DNA of 64,000 bases. It comes from Planctomycetota bacterium (lineage in GTDB: Bacteria; Planctomycetota; B15-G4). Location: assembly GCA_965248575.1 (NCBI GenBank), contig CBDFJQ010000002.1, positions 1,600,001-1,664,000 of the forward strand, read 5' to 3'. A program made the position numbers and the translations under genes. The notes under the pieces were generated by a model. The model was given only the letters and a program-made list of their open reading frames with translations, ran no database searches and was not told where the DNA came from. Positions within the stretch are counted from its first letter, which is position 1, and each line of letters begins with the position of its first letter. Below are positions 9,800 through 18,902 of the stretch, piece after piece.

Positions 9800-10245
9800 C
9801 TCTCTTTCTTGGGTGGGGCTGGCAGCAGGCGTTCATCCCGCGCTGCCTCGACGAAGCGTCTGTAACGATACGGCACACCGGAGACCTCGTGCAGGGCCTT
9901 CATCTCCTGATGAAAGCGCTCATAGGCCGCTGGCATCTCTGCAGCCCAAGCGGGGTCGCAGAAGTAGAGACGGCAGCCCAAGGGCCGGCCGTCCCGCAAT
10001 CTGCAGGTTCCATCGACATGCCACGGACAGAGACCTGAGGGGGCCTCCGGAACCACGCCCCCCGCCTTCTCCAGGGCGTAGGACGATTCCAGGTCGGTGG
10101 CGAAGAGCTCGTGACCACTGCGGGGAAAGTCACAGCAGAGCCCCGACATCTCACACTTGGGGCGTGCCGCGTCGAGCGCTTCGTCGACGCGCGCGTAGAG
10201 CCGCTCAAGCTCCTGCGATGCAGTGCTTGATTCGTGCTGGGTCAC
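9796..10245 (-). CDS. YkgJ-like cysteine-cluster (Fe-S/Zn) protein
   Basis: CEMSGLCC, CPW...C...RPLGCRLYFC; 4-bp overlaps on both sides. Confidence 0.8.
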   Translation of the reverse strand: MTQHESSTASQELERLYARVDEALDAARPKCEMSGLCCDFPRSGHELFATDLESSYALEKAGGVVPEAPSGLCPWHVDGTCRLRDGRPLGCRLYFCDPAWAAEMPAAYERFHQEMKALHEVSGVPYRYRRFVEAARDERLLPAPPKKES

Positions 10246-11363
10246 CGCTTCTTCCGACGACGGCGGAGCCGCGCGAGGCGTTGCTTCTGGATGCGGTCGG
10301 CGTCATCACTGCCGTCCTCGTCGGGGTCGAAGTCGAGGCTCTTCTTGCCCTCGATCTGGCGCTCGATATCCGCCATCAGCTCTTCCGGGCTCTGGTAACG
10401 GATGTCCCGATCCTTGGCCATCATCTTCTCGATGAAGTAGTGCATGTGCGCACTGATCTTGCCGCCCTTCGTCGTCTCGGCCGACAGCCCTTCAAGCACC
10501 GCCTTCTGCACCAGCTCTTCGTCATCCCCCGAGAACGGAAGCTCACCCAGGACGAGCTGATAGAGGGTGGCGCCCAAAGCGTAGATGTCGCTGCGTACAT
10601 CCAGATCGCCGATGCCGCGTGCCAACTCCGGCGACAAATAGGCTGCTGTACCCCGTGTCGTGCCCGACTCCGCGCCACCAGCTCCGCCCACCACGGCGAA
10701 GCCCAGGTCGATGACCTTCACCTCGTGCGTCTCGGGCACGAACAGGATGTTCCCCGGCTTGATGTCGCGATGCACGATGCCTTGGCTGCGCAGGTATTCC
10801 AGGGCCCTGGCCACCTGCAGCACCACATAGAGGGCCGCGTCCTCATCGAAGACATCGCCTTCGGCAATGGCGTCCTGCAGGGAGCGGCCCTGCACGCACT
10901 CCATGAAGCTCAGATAGCGGCCCGCCAGCTTGCCCGACTTGTGGCCCTTGACCACGTTGGGATGGTCCAGCTTCTGGAGCAGCTGAGACTCTCCCAGGAA
11001 GGCCTGGACTTCGGCCGGCTCGAGGGCCACATGGTCGTGCATGAGCTTGACCGCGAGCCGCGCGCCGTCCGATTTTCTGCGCACCGCGAAGACATTTGCA
11101 GAGCCACCTTCCCCCAGCTTGCGTTCATACAAGTGGCCTGGGAGCTCCGGCACGTCCTCCGCATCCGTCCGGAAAAGAGCAGTCAATCGATCTTTGTCGA
11201 TGAGACCTGCGCGCACCGCAAGAGACGCCAGGGAGACAGGTTTCCCTGCCTGCGCAGCTTTTCGTGCTTGGTTGAAGAGGTCTTCGACTTCCCCTCGCTG
11301 AAGGATTCCCTTCACCGCGAGGCGACCGAAGAAGCGTGCTTCTACTGCGGGATCGATGGCCAT
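10242..11363 (-). CDS. Cytoplasmic Hanks-type Ser/Thr protein kinase
   Basis: LGEGGSANV, AVK, HRDIKPGN, DLG, GTAAYLSPE, DIYALG. The 948-aa ORF call is over-extended; start is at MAIDP (11363) or 11375. Confidence 0.9.
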   Translation of the reverse strand: MAIDPAVEARFFGRLAVKGILQRGEVEDLFNQARKAAQAGKPVSLASLAVRAGLIDKDRLTALFRTDAEDVPELPGHLYERKLGEGGSANVFAVRRKSDGARLAVKLMHDHVALEPAEVQAFLGESQLLQKLDHPNVVKGHKSGKLAGRYLSFMECVQGRSLQDAIAEGDVFDEDAALYVVLQVARALEYLRSQGIVHRDIKPGNILFVPETHEVKVIDLGFAVVGGAGGAESGTTRGTAAYLSPELARGIGDLDVRSDIYALGATLYQLVLGELPFSGDDEELVQKAVLEGLSAETTKGGKISAHMHYFIEKMMAKDRDIRYQSPEELMADIERQIEGKKSLDFDPDEDGSDDADRIQKQRLARLRRRRKKR

Positions 11364-11519
11364 GGTGCGCGGCATCGTAACGGCGCATGTCCATTCGATC
11401 GAGGAGCGAGAAAGCGGCACCTCAAGCGAAGCGTGACCGATGACCGATGACAGGTTCGCCTCAGCAACACCCCACACACCATCGACCCACACCGCTTGAC
11501 CCACACCAGGGAGGACCAG

Positions 11520-12908
11520 GTGCCGAGTTCCGACGAGAACGTCGTCCTGAAGTATTGCGAGCTCTTGGATGAGTTCATCCGCATTCGGACGACCGCCGAC
11601 GACGGCACTCGTCAGCTGACCGGAAGTGGTGCGGTGAACAACCGCGCGGCCTACCATCAGCTGGTGGTGAATGTGTGTGTCGTGGATTATGAAGAGCAGG
11701 TGCTCCCGCTCTTCCAACGCCACAACAAGATCTACCAGACCGAAGCGCTGGTGGAGTTGCTGTACCAGATCTGCATCGAGGTGAACCCCCACCTCGAGAT
11801 CCACAGCGTGACCCTGCCCTCGGACAGCACCGAGGATGGTTCGCTGGACACCGGAAGCCTGGAGCTGGACGAGGCGTGGCTGGAAGAGGAGGAGATGTTC
11901 GCGTTCCAGGAGCGGGTGCGGGACATCGAGACCAACCTCAGCAAGCGCGTGGTGGGGCAGACGTCCGCAGTGCACGCTGTTGCGCATGCCGTCAAGAAGG
12001 CGGCCGTCGGCTTGAAGGACCCGCGCAAACCCGTGGGAGTCTTCCTGTTGGTCGGCCCCACCGGAACGGGCAAGACCGAGTTGGCCAAGTCCCTCACGCG
12101 TCAGCTCTTCGGCAACCTCTCCCAGCTGGTGCGCATCGACTGCAGCGAGTACGCCCTGCCCCATGAGTACGCCAAGCTGATCGGCGCACCTCCTGGCTAC
12201 ATCGGACACAACGAAGGCGGCCAGCTCACCGAGGCCGTGAAGAAGGCCAAGACCTGCGTGGTGCTCTTCGACGAGATCGAGAAGGCGCACGAGAAGGTGC
12301 ACAACCTCCTGTTGCAGCTCATGGATGAGGGAACACTCACCGACAGCAAGGGTGAGAAGATCTCCTTCCAGCAGGCCGTCGTGTTGATGACGAGCAACAT
12401 CGGTGTAGACGATGTGCACCGCATCGCCGACCGCGTGGGCTTTGGCCAGCGCCAGGACGACGACATGGATGCCAACTCCGTGGCGTTCACCATGAACGAA
12501 GCCGTCAAGCGCGCGTTCCGGCCGGAGTTCATCAACCGCATCGACGAAGTGATCCAGTTCCGCCCCCTGACCATGTCGGACTGCGAACAGATCGCCGTCC
12601 TGCAGCTGGACGAGATGGCGGGCTACCTGGAGCGGACAGGGGTCCACCTCCGTTTCGCTCCCTCCCTCAGCCGACACCTCGCCAAGATGGGCTGGTCTGC
12701 GGAATACGGCGCCCGGGAGTTGCGACGTCATATCCGGGATGAGGTCGAGGACCCGCTCACCGAGAAGCTCATGGATGGCAGCTTCGCCCCAGGCGACACC
12801 ATCAGCATCAGCGTGCGCGGCAAGAACAAGGTGGTCATGACCCCGGTCCAGGTCCGCCGCAAGAAGTCCTCCAAGCGCGAGAGCGCCCCGGAGACCGAGG
12901 CGCTCTAG
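11520..12908 (+). CDS. ClpC/ClpB-like AAA+ ATPase containing only the second (D2) module, with an unrecognised N-terminal domain
   Basis: GPTGTGKT, IDCSEY, GAPPGYIG, FDEIEKAH, FRPEFINRID, YGARELRR. GGAGG RBS lies 5 nt before the GTG at 11520. Confidence 0.85.
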   Translation: MPSSDENVVLKYCELLDEFIRIRTTADDGTRQLTGSGAVNNRAAYHQLVVNVCVVDYEEQVLPLFQRHNKIYQTEALVELLYQICIEVNPHLEIHSVTLPSDSTEDGSLDTGSLELDEAWLEEEEMFAFQERVRDIETNLSKRVVGQTSAVHAVAHAVKKAAVGLKDPRKPVGVFLLVGPTGTGKTELAKSLTRQLFGNLSQLVRIDCSEYALPHEYAKLIGAPPGYIGHNEGGQLTEAVKKAKTCVVLFDEIEKAHEKVHNLLLQLMDEGTLTDSKGEKISFQQAVVLMTSNIGVDDVHRIADRVGFGQRQDDDMDANSVAFTMNEAVKRAFRPEFINRIDEVIQFRPLTMSDCEQIAVLQLDEMAGYLERTGVHLRFAPSLSRHLAKMGWSAEYGARELRRHIRDEVEDPLTEKLMDGSFAPGDTISISVRGKNKVVMTPVQVRRKKSSKRESAPETEAL

Positions 12909-12936
12909 GGGTGGGCGGGCGGTATGCTTTGCCCGT

Positions 12937-14553
12937 ATGAACCCCGCTGAGCCCCAGGAATCTGCCGCCGCCAGCCTCACGGTGCGCTTCCTCACCGGCC
13001 TGGCCGTGGCCTGCGTAGGCCTCTTTGCCGTGCTCTGCGCCACCGCCTTCGTCGAGGCCGACTGGCGCCATTCCGTCGACAGCGCCATCTACCTGCTGAC
13101 GGCCAAGAGCATGTCCTTGGGTGAGGGCTACACCTACCTCGGGCGCCCCTTCTTCGCCCGCCCGCCGGCTCTCAGCTGGACCCTGTCGCACTTCATGGGG
13201 GAGGAGTGGGATTTCCGGTTGGCCAACCAGCTGATCCAGCTCTCCGTGGGCGCCACGCTGATCACCCTGTTGCTGGCGCTCTCACGCATCCACGGTTGGC
13301 TCCGTGCGGCCGTGGTCACCCTGCTGTTTGCCATCAATCCGCTCGTCCTCCGCAATCACAACAACATCCTGGCCGAGTACCCTTTCCTGGCCCTGTTCTT
13401 CGCAGCCGTGTGGTTGCTCTCGACGCGCCGGGACGGTAGCCAGCCCGCGTGGTTCAGCACCGTTCTGGGTGCCCTCCTGCTGGCAGCAGCCGTCAGCTTC
13501 CGCACCGTGGGCGTGTTGTTCCTTCCGGGCCTCGTCCTGCTCGCGCTCTTCCCGCAGAGGGGCCTCGATGAGGCTCCGGAGCCGGGCCCGGGTCGGCGGC
13601 CGCGGCGCAACCTCAAGGCCCTGGCGGCTGCGGGCCTGGTCGCCCTCAGCCTCGTGCCCTGGAGCCTCTACTGCAGCGAAGCCGCCACCCAAGCCGAACG
13701 ACCGTCGACCCAGCTGCTGATGTTTGACTACTCCACGGCGCTCTTCCACACGAACCCCAGAGACCCCGCCTCACCCTTGGTGGATGGCGCGGGCTGGTGG
13801 GCTCGCATCGCCGACAACGCCGTCGAGATCTCCCAGACCCTGACCCACGCCTTCCTGGGCGGCCCAGCCAATGAAGCCCTGAGCACCTACGGCTCGGAGA
13901 CCAATCTGCTCAGCGCGCTGCTCGCGGCCTGCCTGCTGTTCACACTCTGTGTCCGCCGCTCCGCCCTGGACCTCTTCGCCGCCAGCTGCGTGGCCCTGCT
14001 GCTGCTCTACTTCACCTTTGCCGACCGCCTGTTGCTGCCCCTGATCCCCCTGCTCATCTCCTCGGTGATCTTCACCCTGGACAGCTTGGGACGGGGCCTG
14101 GGCAGGCTCACCAAAGGCTCTCTCTCTTCTGGCAGATGGCAGGCCCTCCTGCTCGCGCTCTTCGCACTCGGCCTGGGGGGGCTGAGTGCGACACGCTTCC
14201 AGGAGTCCCGGGAGCTGACCTCCACCAAGCGACGCTTCCAGCGGGATGATCTGGCCACCGCCGACTGGGTGCGGAACAACCTGCCCAGCGACGCCCGTCT
14301 CCTGCACGAGAAGGGCGCCGTGCTGTCGGTGCTCACAGGGCGCACGACCTACACCTACCGCAACCTGGCCGGCCCCTGGCCCGAAAGCTGTCCGGAGGTG
14401 GATTTCGCCATCTTCAGCCCGCGGCCCCGACGCGAGCCCACCGAAGACCTGTTGGGCCTGGTCGCCAAGCCCCCGATCCTGGTGCCCTTCAAGTGGAAGG
14501 GCCAGATGAGCAACATCCGGATCTACGCCCTCGACCCTCCGTCAGGCCACTGA
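12937..14553 (+). CDS. Polytopic membrane glycosyltransferase, GT-C (ArnT/PMT-like)
   Basis: DSAIYLLTAKS...GEGY...RPPALS after TM1, ILAEYPF, many TM helices. Confidence 0.7.
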   Translation: MNPAEPQESAAASLTVRFLTGLAVACVGLFAVLCATAFVEADWRHSVDSAIYLLTAKSMSLGEGYTYLGRPFFARPPALSWTLSHFMGEEWDFRLANQLIQLSVGATLITLLLALSRIHGWLRAAVVTLLFAINPLVLRNHNNILAEYPFLALFFAAVWLLSTRRDGSQPAWFSTVLGALLLAAAVSFRTVGVLFLPGLVLLALFPQRGLDEAPEPGPGRRPRRNLKALAAAGLVALSLVPWSLYCSEAATQAERPSTQLLMFDYSTALFHTNPRDPASPLVDGAGWWARIADNAVEISQTLTHAFLGGPANEALSTYGSETNLLSALLAACLLFTLCVRRSALDLFAASCVALLLLYFTFADRLLLPLIPLLISSVIFTLDSLGRGLGRLTKGSLSSGRWQALLLALFALGLGGLSATRFQESRELTSTKRRFQRDDLATADWVRNNLPSDARLLHEKGAVLSVLTGRTTYTYRNLAGPWPESCPEVDFAIFSPRPRREPTEDLLGLVAKPPILVPFKWKGQMSNIRIYALDPPSGH

Positions 14554-14725
14554 CTCACATCACGGCGGCCCAGCTCGGGATAGGCTCCCCTGTCAAGGGT
14601 TCCGCTCTCCGCCACAGCGGCTGGGTGCGTGCAATTGGAGCCCGGGACCCTGGCCTTGCTAGCCTTCCTGGCCTCGAACCCCGCCGCCATGCCCTTTCCT
14701 TCCCTCGCCCCCGGTCAGACAGCCC

Positions 14726-15520
14726 GTGTCGCTCGATAGCTACAAGAAAGTCGTCCCACCCCCGCGTGACCTGAAGAAGGTCATCGTGGTCATGCCGGCC
14801 TACAACGCCGAACAGACCATCGAGGTCACCCTGAACGACATCGATCAGGACCAGGTGGATGAAATCATCCTGGTGGACGACTGCTCCACCGACAACACCT
14901 CCAAGGTGGCCGAGTCGCTGGGCATCACCACCATCCGGCACACGGACAACACGGGTTACGGAGGCAACCAGAAGACTTGCTACCGCACGGCCCTGGAACA
15001 CGGCGCCGACATCGTGGTGATGATCCACCCCGACTACCAATACGACGCACGAGCGCTGCCTGCCATGGTCACCTTCATGCAGTTGGGCACCTGTGATGTG
15101 GTGCTGGGCTCGCGCATTCGTACCCGCCGCGAAGCCCTCGAAGGGGGCATGCCGCTCTGGAAGTACGTGGCCAACCGCTTCCTGACCTTCACCGAGAACC
15201 TGGTGCTCGGCCAGAACGTGGGCGACTTCCACACCGGGCTGCGGGCCTATACGCGCGAAGTGCTCGAGACGATCCCTTTCGAAAACAACAGCGACGACTT
15301 CGTGTTCGACACGCAGTTCCTGGTGCAGGCCGTGCGCTTCAGCTTCAAGATCGGCGACGTCCCCGTCCCGGCGCGCTACTTCGAGGAAGCCAGCTCCATC
15401 AACCTCAAGCGCAGCACGCGCTACGGCCTGGGCACGTTGGGGATGCTCGGCAGCTTCATGTTGTGGAAGCTGGGACTGTCGAGGTCGAAGTTGTTCCGGA
15501 GCAAGAACCCAGAGCTCTGA
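14726..15520 (+). CDS. GT2 glycosyltransferase (polyprenol-phosphate sugar synthase, DPM1-like)
   Basis: [41 protein letters not shown]. Confidence 0.9.
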   Translation: MSLDSYKKVVPPPRDLKKVIVVMPAYNAEQTIEVTLNDIDQDQVDEIILVDDCSTDNTSKVAESLGITTIRHTDNTGYGGNQKTCYRTALEHGADIVVMIHPDYQYDARALPAMVTFMQLGTCDVVLGSRIRTRREALEGGMPLWKYVANRFLTFTENLVLGQNVGDFHTGLRAYTREVLETIPFENNSDDFVFDTQFLVQAVRFSFKIGDVPVPARYFEEASSINLKRSTRYGLGTLGMLGSFMLWKLGLSRSKLFRSKNPEL

Positions 15521-15589
15521 GGGGGCAACCGGCCGCGCACACGCCTGCGTACTGGTAGCTCTAGCTTGACAGGCTCCACGCCTCGCAAG

Positions 15590-16603
15590 ATGCTGGCCAT
15601 CCAGTCAGGAGATGGCCGCCAGACCGACCACCGAACCCATCGGGCTGCGGGCATCAGGACACTGTCGTGCTCCGCGGAGGATTCTCTCATCACACCCGAG
15701 GCCGACCACACGCGCACCCGCAGCCGCTTCGGCGGTTTCTGGGTGGATCGGCTGGACGCCGAAGACGAGCTGGCCCGCCGGGTGGCTGCCGGCACCGTGA
15801 ACGATGTGCTGGCCCCCCAGCTGGAGAGCTTCATCCGCGACGGCTTCCTGGTGCTTGAGCAGGCCGTGCCGCACGACCTCATCGATGCCACGCTCGATAA
15901 CGTCGAACAGGCATGGCGCGGCGAGCACCCAGACATCCGCGTGGAGTATCCGGACGGCGCAGACATCAAGATCCTGCCCGCCTCGCCCGATGTCCGCACC
16001 GGCACGGGCAAGCTGTTACACATGCACGGCTACTTCCCAACAACCCGAGCGGTCATCTTTGCCGAACCCATCCGTTCATTTCTCGAAGCCGTCTTTGAAC
16101 GACCGCCTCTGGCCTTCAGCACGCTGATGTTCGAGACGGGGAGCAAGCAACCGCCGCACCAAGACTCGGCGTTCGTAGGCGTCGACTCCCCCCTGGAGTT
16201 TGCGGCGTCCTGGGTGGCCCTCGAGGACATCCAGCCGGGCTCAGGCGTGCTCGAATACTACGTCGGCAGCCACCGCATCGATGAGCCGGTGTTCGAGGGC
16301 GACACGCGGCTCATGCCGGTCGAGCTCCGTAACGACGAGCGCTACAACCACTACCTGCTCGACCTGTGCACCAAGGCGGGGCTTGAGCGGCGCGAGTTCA
16401 CCCCCAAGAAGGGGGATGCCCTCATCTGGAACGCCGACCTCGTCCACGGTGGCAGCCAGCAGCGCGCCGAGGGCTCGAGCCGCCGGAGCCTGGTGACGCA
16501 CTACTGCCCGCGGGACCGTCGGCCGTCGTACTTCGACTTCTGGGAGCACAGCGAGCGCATCGAGCACGCACCCGGCGCGTTCTACTGCTACGACCGACGC
16601 TGA
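15590..16603 (+). CDS. Phytanoyl-CoA dioxygenase (PhyH) family Fe(II)/2-OG oxygenase; start uncertain
   Basis: FIRDGFLV, HQD...WVALED...LVHGGS facial-triad motifs. Confidence 0.85.
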   Translation: MLAIQSGDGRQTDHRTHRAAGIRTLSCSAEDSLITPEADHTRTRSRFGGFWVDRLDAEDELARRVAAGTVNDVLAPQLESFIRDGFLVLEQAVPHDLIDATLDNVEQAWRGEHPDIRVEYPDGADIKILPASPDVRTGTGKLLHMHGYFPTTRAVIFAEPIRSFLEAVFERPPLAFSTLMFETGSKQPPHQDSAFVGVDSPLEFAASWVALEDIQPGSGVLEYYVGSHRIDEPVFEGDTRLMPVELRNDERYNHYLLDLCTKAGLERREFTPKKGDALIWNADLVHGGSQQRAEGSSRRSLVTHYCPRDRRPSYFDFWEHSERIEHAPGAFYCYDRR

Positions 16604-16624
16604 ACCCCTTTGAGAACACCCGCC

Positions 16625-17179
16625 ATGCCCCGCTGCTGCATCTTGTTCGCCGAAGGTTTCGAGGAGATTGAAGCCATCACCGTGGTCGACGTCCTGCGCC
16701 GCGCCGATGTCGAAACCCAGATGCTGGGCCTCACCAGCATGGAAATCGCGGGCAGCCACGGCATCAGCGTCAGCATGGACCGGTTGCTGGTGGACGCTGC
16801 GGATGAGACGTGGGATTTGGTGGTGCTGCCCGGCGGAATGCCCGGCGCCGTCACCTTGCGCGACGACCCGACTGTGCAGGCGTTGGTGAAGCGCCAACAT
16901 GCGGCGGCCGGCAAGCTGGCGGCGATCTGCGCTGCCCCCATCGCCCTGGGCGCCGCCGGGGTCCTGGATGGCCGGCAAGCCACGAGTTACCCCGGCTTCG
17001 GTGACCAGCTGACCGGGGCAGAGCTCAGCGATCAACGCGTCGTCGTGGACCGCGGCGTCACCACCAGCCGCGGGGCTGGCACCGCCCTGGAGTTTGCCCT
17101 GGAGCTCGTGCGCCAGTTGGTGGGCGAAGAGGCCGCCAGCTCCCTGGGCGAGGCGATGTTGGCCCGGCCTGCGAGCTGA
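16625..17179 (+). CDS. DJ-1/YajL/ThiJ family protein
   Basis: GFEEIEA...DVLRRA, LPGGMPG, AICAAP, TSRGAGTA. Confidence 0.9.
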   Translation: MPRCCILFAEGFEEIEAITVVDVLRRADVETQMLGLTSMEIAGSHGISVSMDRLLVDAADETWDLVVLPGGMPGAVTLRDDPTVQALVKRQHAAAGKLAAICAAPIALGAAGVLDGRQATSYPGFGDQLTGAELSDQRVVVDRGVTTSRGAGTALEFALELVRQLVGEEAASSLGEAMLARPAS

Positions 17180-17219
17180 TCGCGTTGCGGTACTGGCTAC
17201 GCTCCTGGCCGTGTCGAGG

Positions 17220-18332
17220 TCAGCGCTTCTCGAAGCGCGCGCAGTAGACCGGCGGCAGGCTGGTCGACAGGCACTGCCACTGCTGCCCCTGGTCTTCACT
17301 CAGGTAGAGGTTGCCCGTGGTGCTGCCGAAGACCAGCCGTTCCCCGGTCTCGTCCACGTCCAGGGCGTGTCGCAGCACGAGGTCGTAGGCGTGCTGCTGC
17401 GGCAAGCCCGCACGCAGGACGTCAAAGCTCTGCCCCCCATCTCGGGTGCGGCTCACCACCACGGCGCCGTCCACAGGCACCCGCTGCTCGTCCTTGATGG
17501 CCGGAACGAACCAGGCAGTCCCTGGCTGCTGCGGATGCACGGCCACGGGGAAACCGAACGCGCTCGGCTGGGCGCTCTCGATCTCCTGCCACGACCTGCA
17601 GTCATCCACGGATCGGAAGATGCCGTTGTGGTGTTGCACCCAGAACGTCTCGGGCTCCGTCGGACTCTGCACGAGACAGTGTGGGTCCTGGATCAGCGGG
17701 TCGAAGGCCCGCTCCGGTGGAACGAACTCGGCGCGCATGCCCTCGGCCCGACACTCCCAGCTCGCGCCAGCGTCCTCGCTGACCCACACGCCGCCGCACG
17801 ACACGCCCAGCGTCAGCCGATCAGCCCGCTGAGGGTGGACGCAAACGCTATGGATCCCGGGCCAGTCGGCGCCGCCACCCATCCACTCCCGTCGATCCGG
17901 GTGATCCCACAGGGCCCGCACGAGTTCCCAGCTGCCCCCGCCGTCATCCGAGCGGAACAGGCCGCCAGGCAAGGTGCCGCACCACAGGAGCCCCTGCTGA
18001 TCAGGATGCCCCGCAGCCAGCGCCCAGATCAGCTTGAGGGACCAGGGAATGACTCGCCCACTCGTGTCCGTGGAGTCGAGCCCCTCGGGCTGTTCGGGGT
18101 AGGTCGGGACGCCGATCTCCTCCCACTCGCCGCCCGCAGCCGGCCGACGGTGCATCTTCCCACCGAAGTGCCCGTGATCCATGGCGACATAGAGGGTTCC
18201 GCTGCGCGTGTCACTCAGCAAGATCGGCACGGGGTCACCCAGGTGTTCTGCGGCGGTGAGAGTCCATGCTCCCTTCCGGCGTTCAAAACTGAACACGCCC
18301 TTGCGGGTTCCCACATGAAAACGATCGCTCAT
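17220..18332 (-). CDS. BNR/Asp-box beta-propeller protein (sialidase-like)
   Basis: Repeated SxDxGxxW motifs (SDDGGGSW, SEDAGASW, TRDGGQSF, SEDQGQQW). Confidence 0.85.
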   Translation of the reverse strand: MSDRFHVGTRKGVFSFERRKGAWTLTAAEHLGDPVPILLSDTRSGTLYVAMDHGHFGGKMHRRPAAGGEWEEIGVPTYPEQPEGLDSTDTSGRVIPWSLKLIWALAAGHPDQQGLLWCGTLPGGLFRSDDGGGSWELVRALWDHPDRREWMGGGADWPGIHSVCVHPQRADRLTLGVSCGGVWVSEDAGASWECRAEGMRAEFVPPERAFDPLIQDPHCLVQSPTEPETFWVQHHNGIFRSVDDCRSWQEIESAQPSAFGFPVAVHPQQPGTAWFVPAIKDEQRVPVDGAVVVSRTRDGGQSFDVLRAGLPQQHAYDLVLRHALDVDETGERLVFGSTTGNLYLSEDQGQQWQCLSTSLPPVYCARFEKR

Positions 18333-18336
18333 GGAT

Positions 18337-18606
18337 TCAGCCTCCGGAAAGGGCCTGCATGACGTAGATTTCGCTCTGCTCGCCGACGGTGTCCCCCAGG
18401 CCCGTGCGGTCGACGATCTGTGTTCCGTCCACGAAGATCAGCATGTGCTTGCGCAGGGATCCATCGTCTTCGAGGACATAGCTGCGCGCGTTGGGGCTTC
18501 CCTCGAACACCGTGTCCAAGGCTTCCTTGACGGTCTGCGCGCCCACCTCTTGGGGCGGCAGCGAGACATGCCGCTGCAAGTTGGGTGTAAAGCACACTCG
18601 TGGCAT
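18337..18606 (-). CDS. MoaD/ThiS family ubiquitin-like protein
   Basis: 89 aa, TVKEAL...LRKHMLIFVDG...QALSGG with a C-terminal diglycine. Confidence 0.9.
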   Translation of the reverse strand: MPRVCFTPNLQRHVSLPPQEVGAQTVKEALDTVFEGSPNARSYVLEDDGSLRKHMLIFVDGTQIVDRTGLGDTVGEQSEIYVMQALSGG

Positions 18607-18641
18607 GACGTCGAAGCCTCGAAGTCGTTGGGGCACCCATG

Positions 18642-18675
18642 GAGTCCATGAGTCCATGAGTCCATGAGTTCATGA
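18642..18675. repeat. 8-bp tandem repeat (GAGTCCAT)x3 + GAGTTCAT
   Basis: Read directly; lies ~35 bp upstream of the MoaD-like start. Confidence 0.85.
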
Positions 18676-18902
18676 AGCACTGCGGTCGGCAAACACGAGC
18701 GCGGCACGATCGACCCCGACAGAGGGCTCCCGTGTCGACGGACACATCGCCTGCCACCAGGGGGACCGTAGCGCCAGCCTCCGAAAACTGTCAATCGACC
18801 GGGCTGTGCCCAAACGGTGGCAGGACTTCGGCAGACCGGCGTTTGCACGGGTCCGTCAGATCACCCAGAATCCCCACTTCAAAAACCCCGCCCGAGACGC
18901 TC

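Noticed and set aside
11364..13088. Apparent 948-aa kinase with a long N-terminal domain
   Set aside because: The extension is the antisense of the Clp-like gene; the kinase begins near 11363.
18642..18675. CRISPR-like repeat
   Set aside because: 8-bp tandem unit with no spacers and no cas genes.
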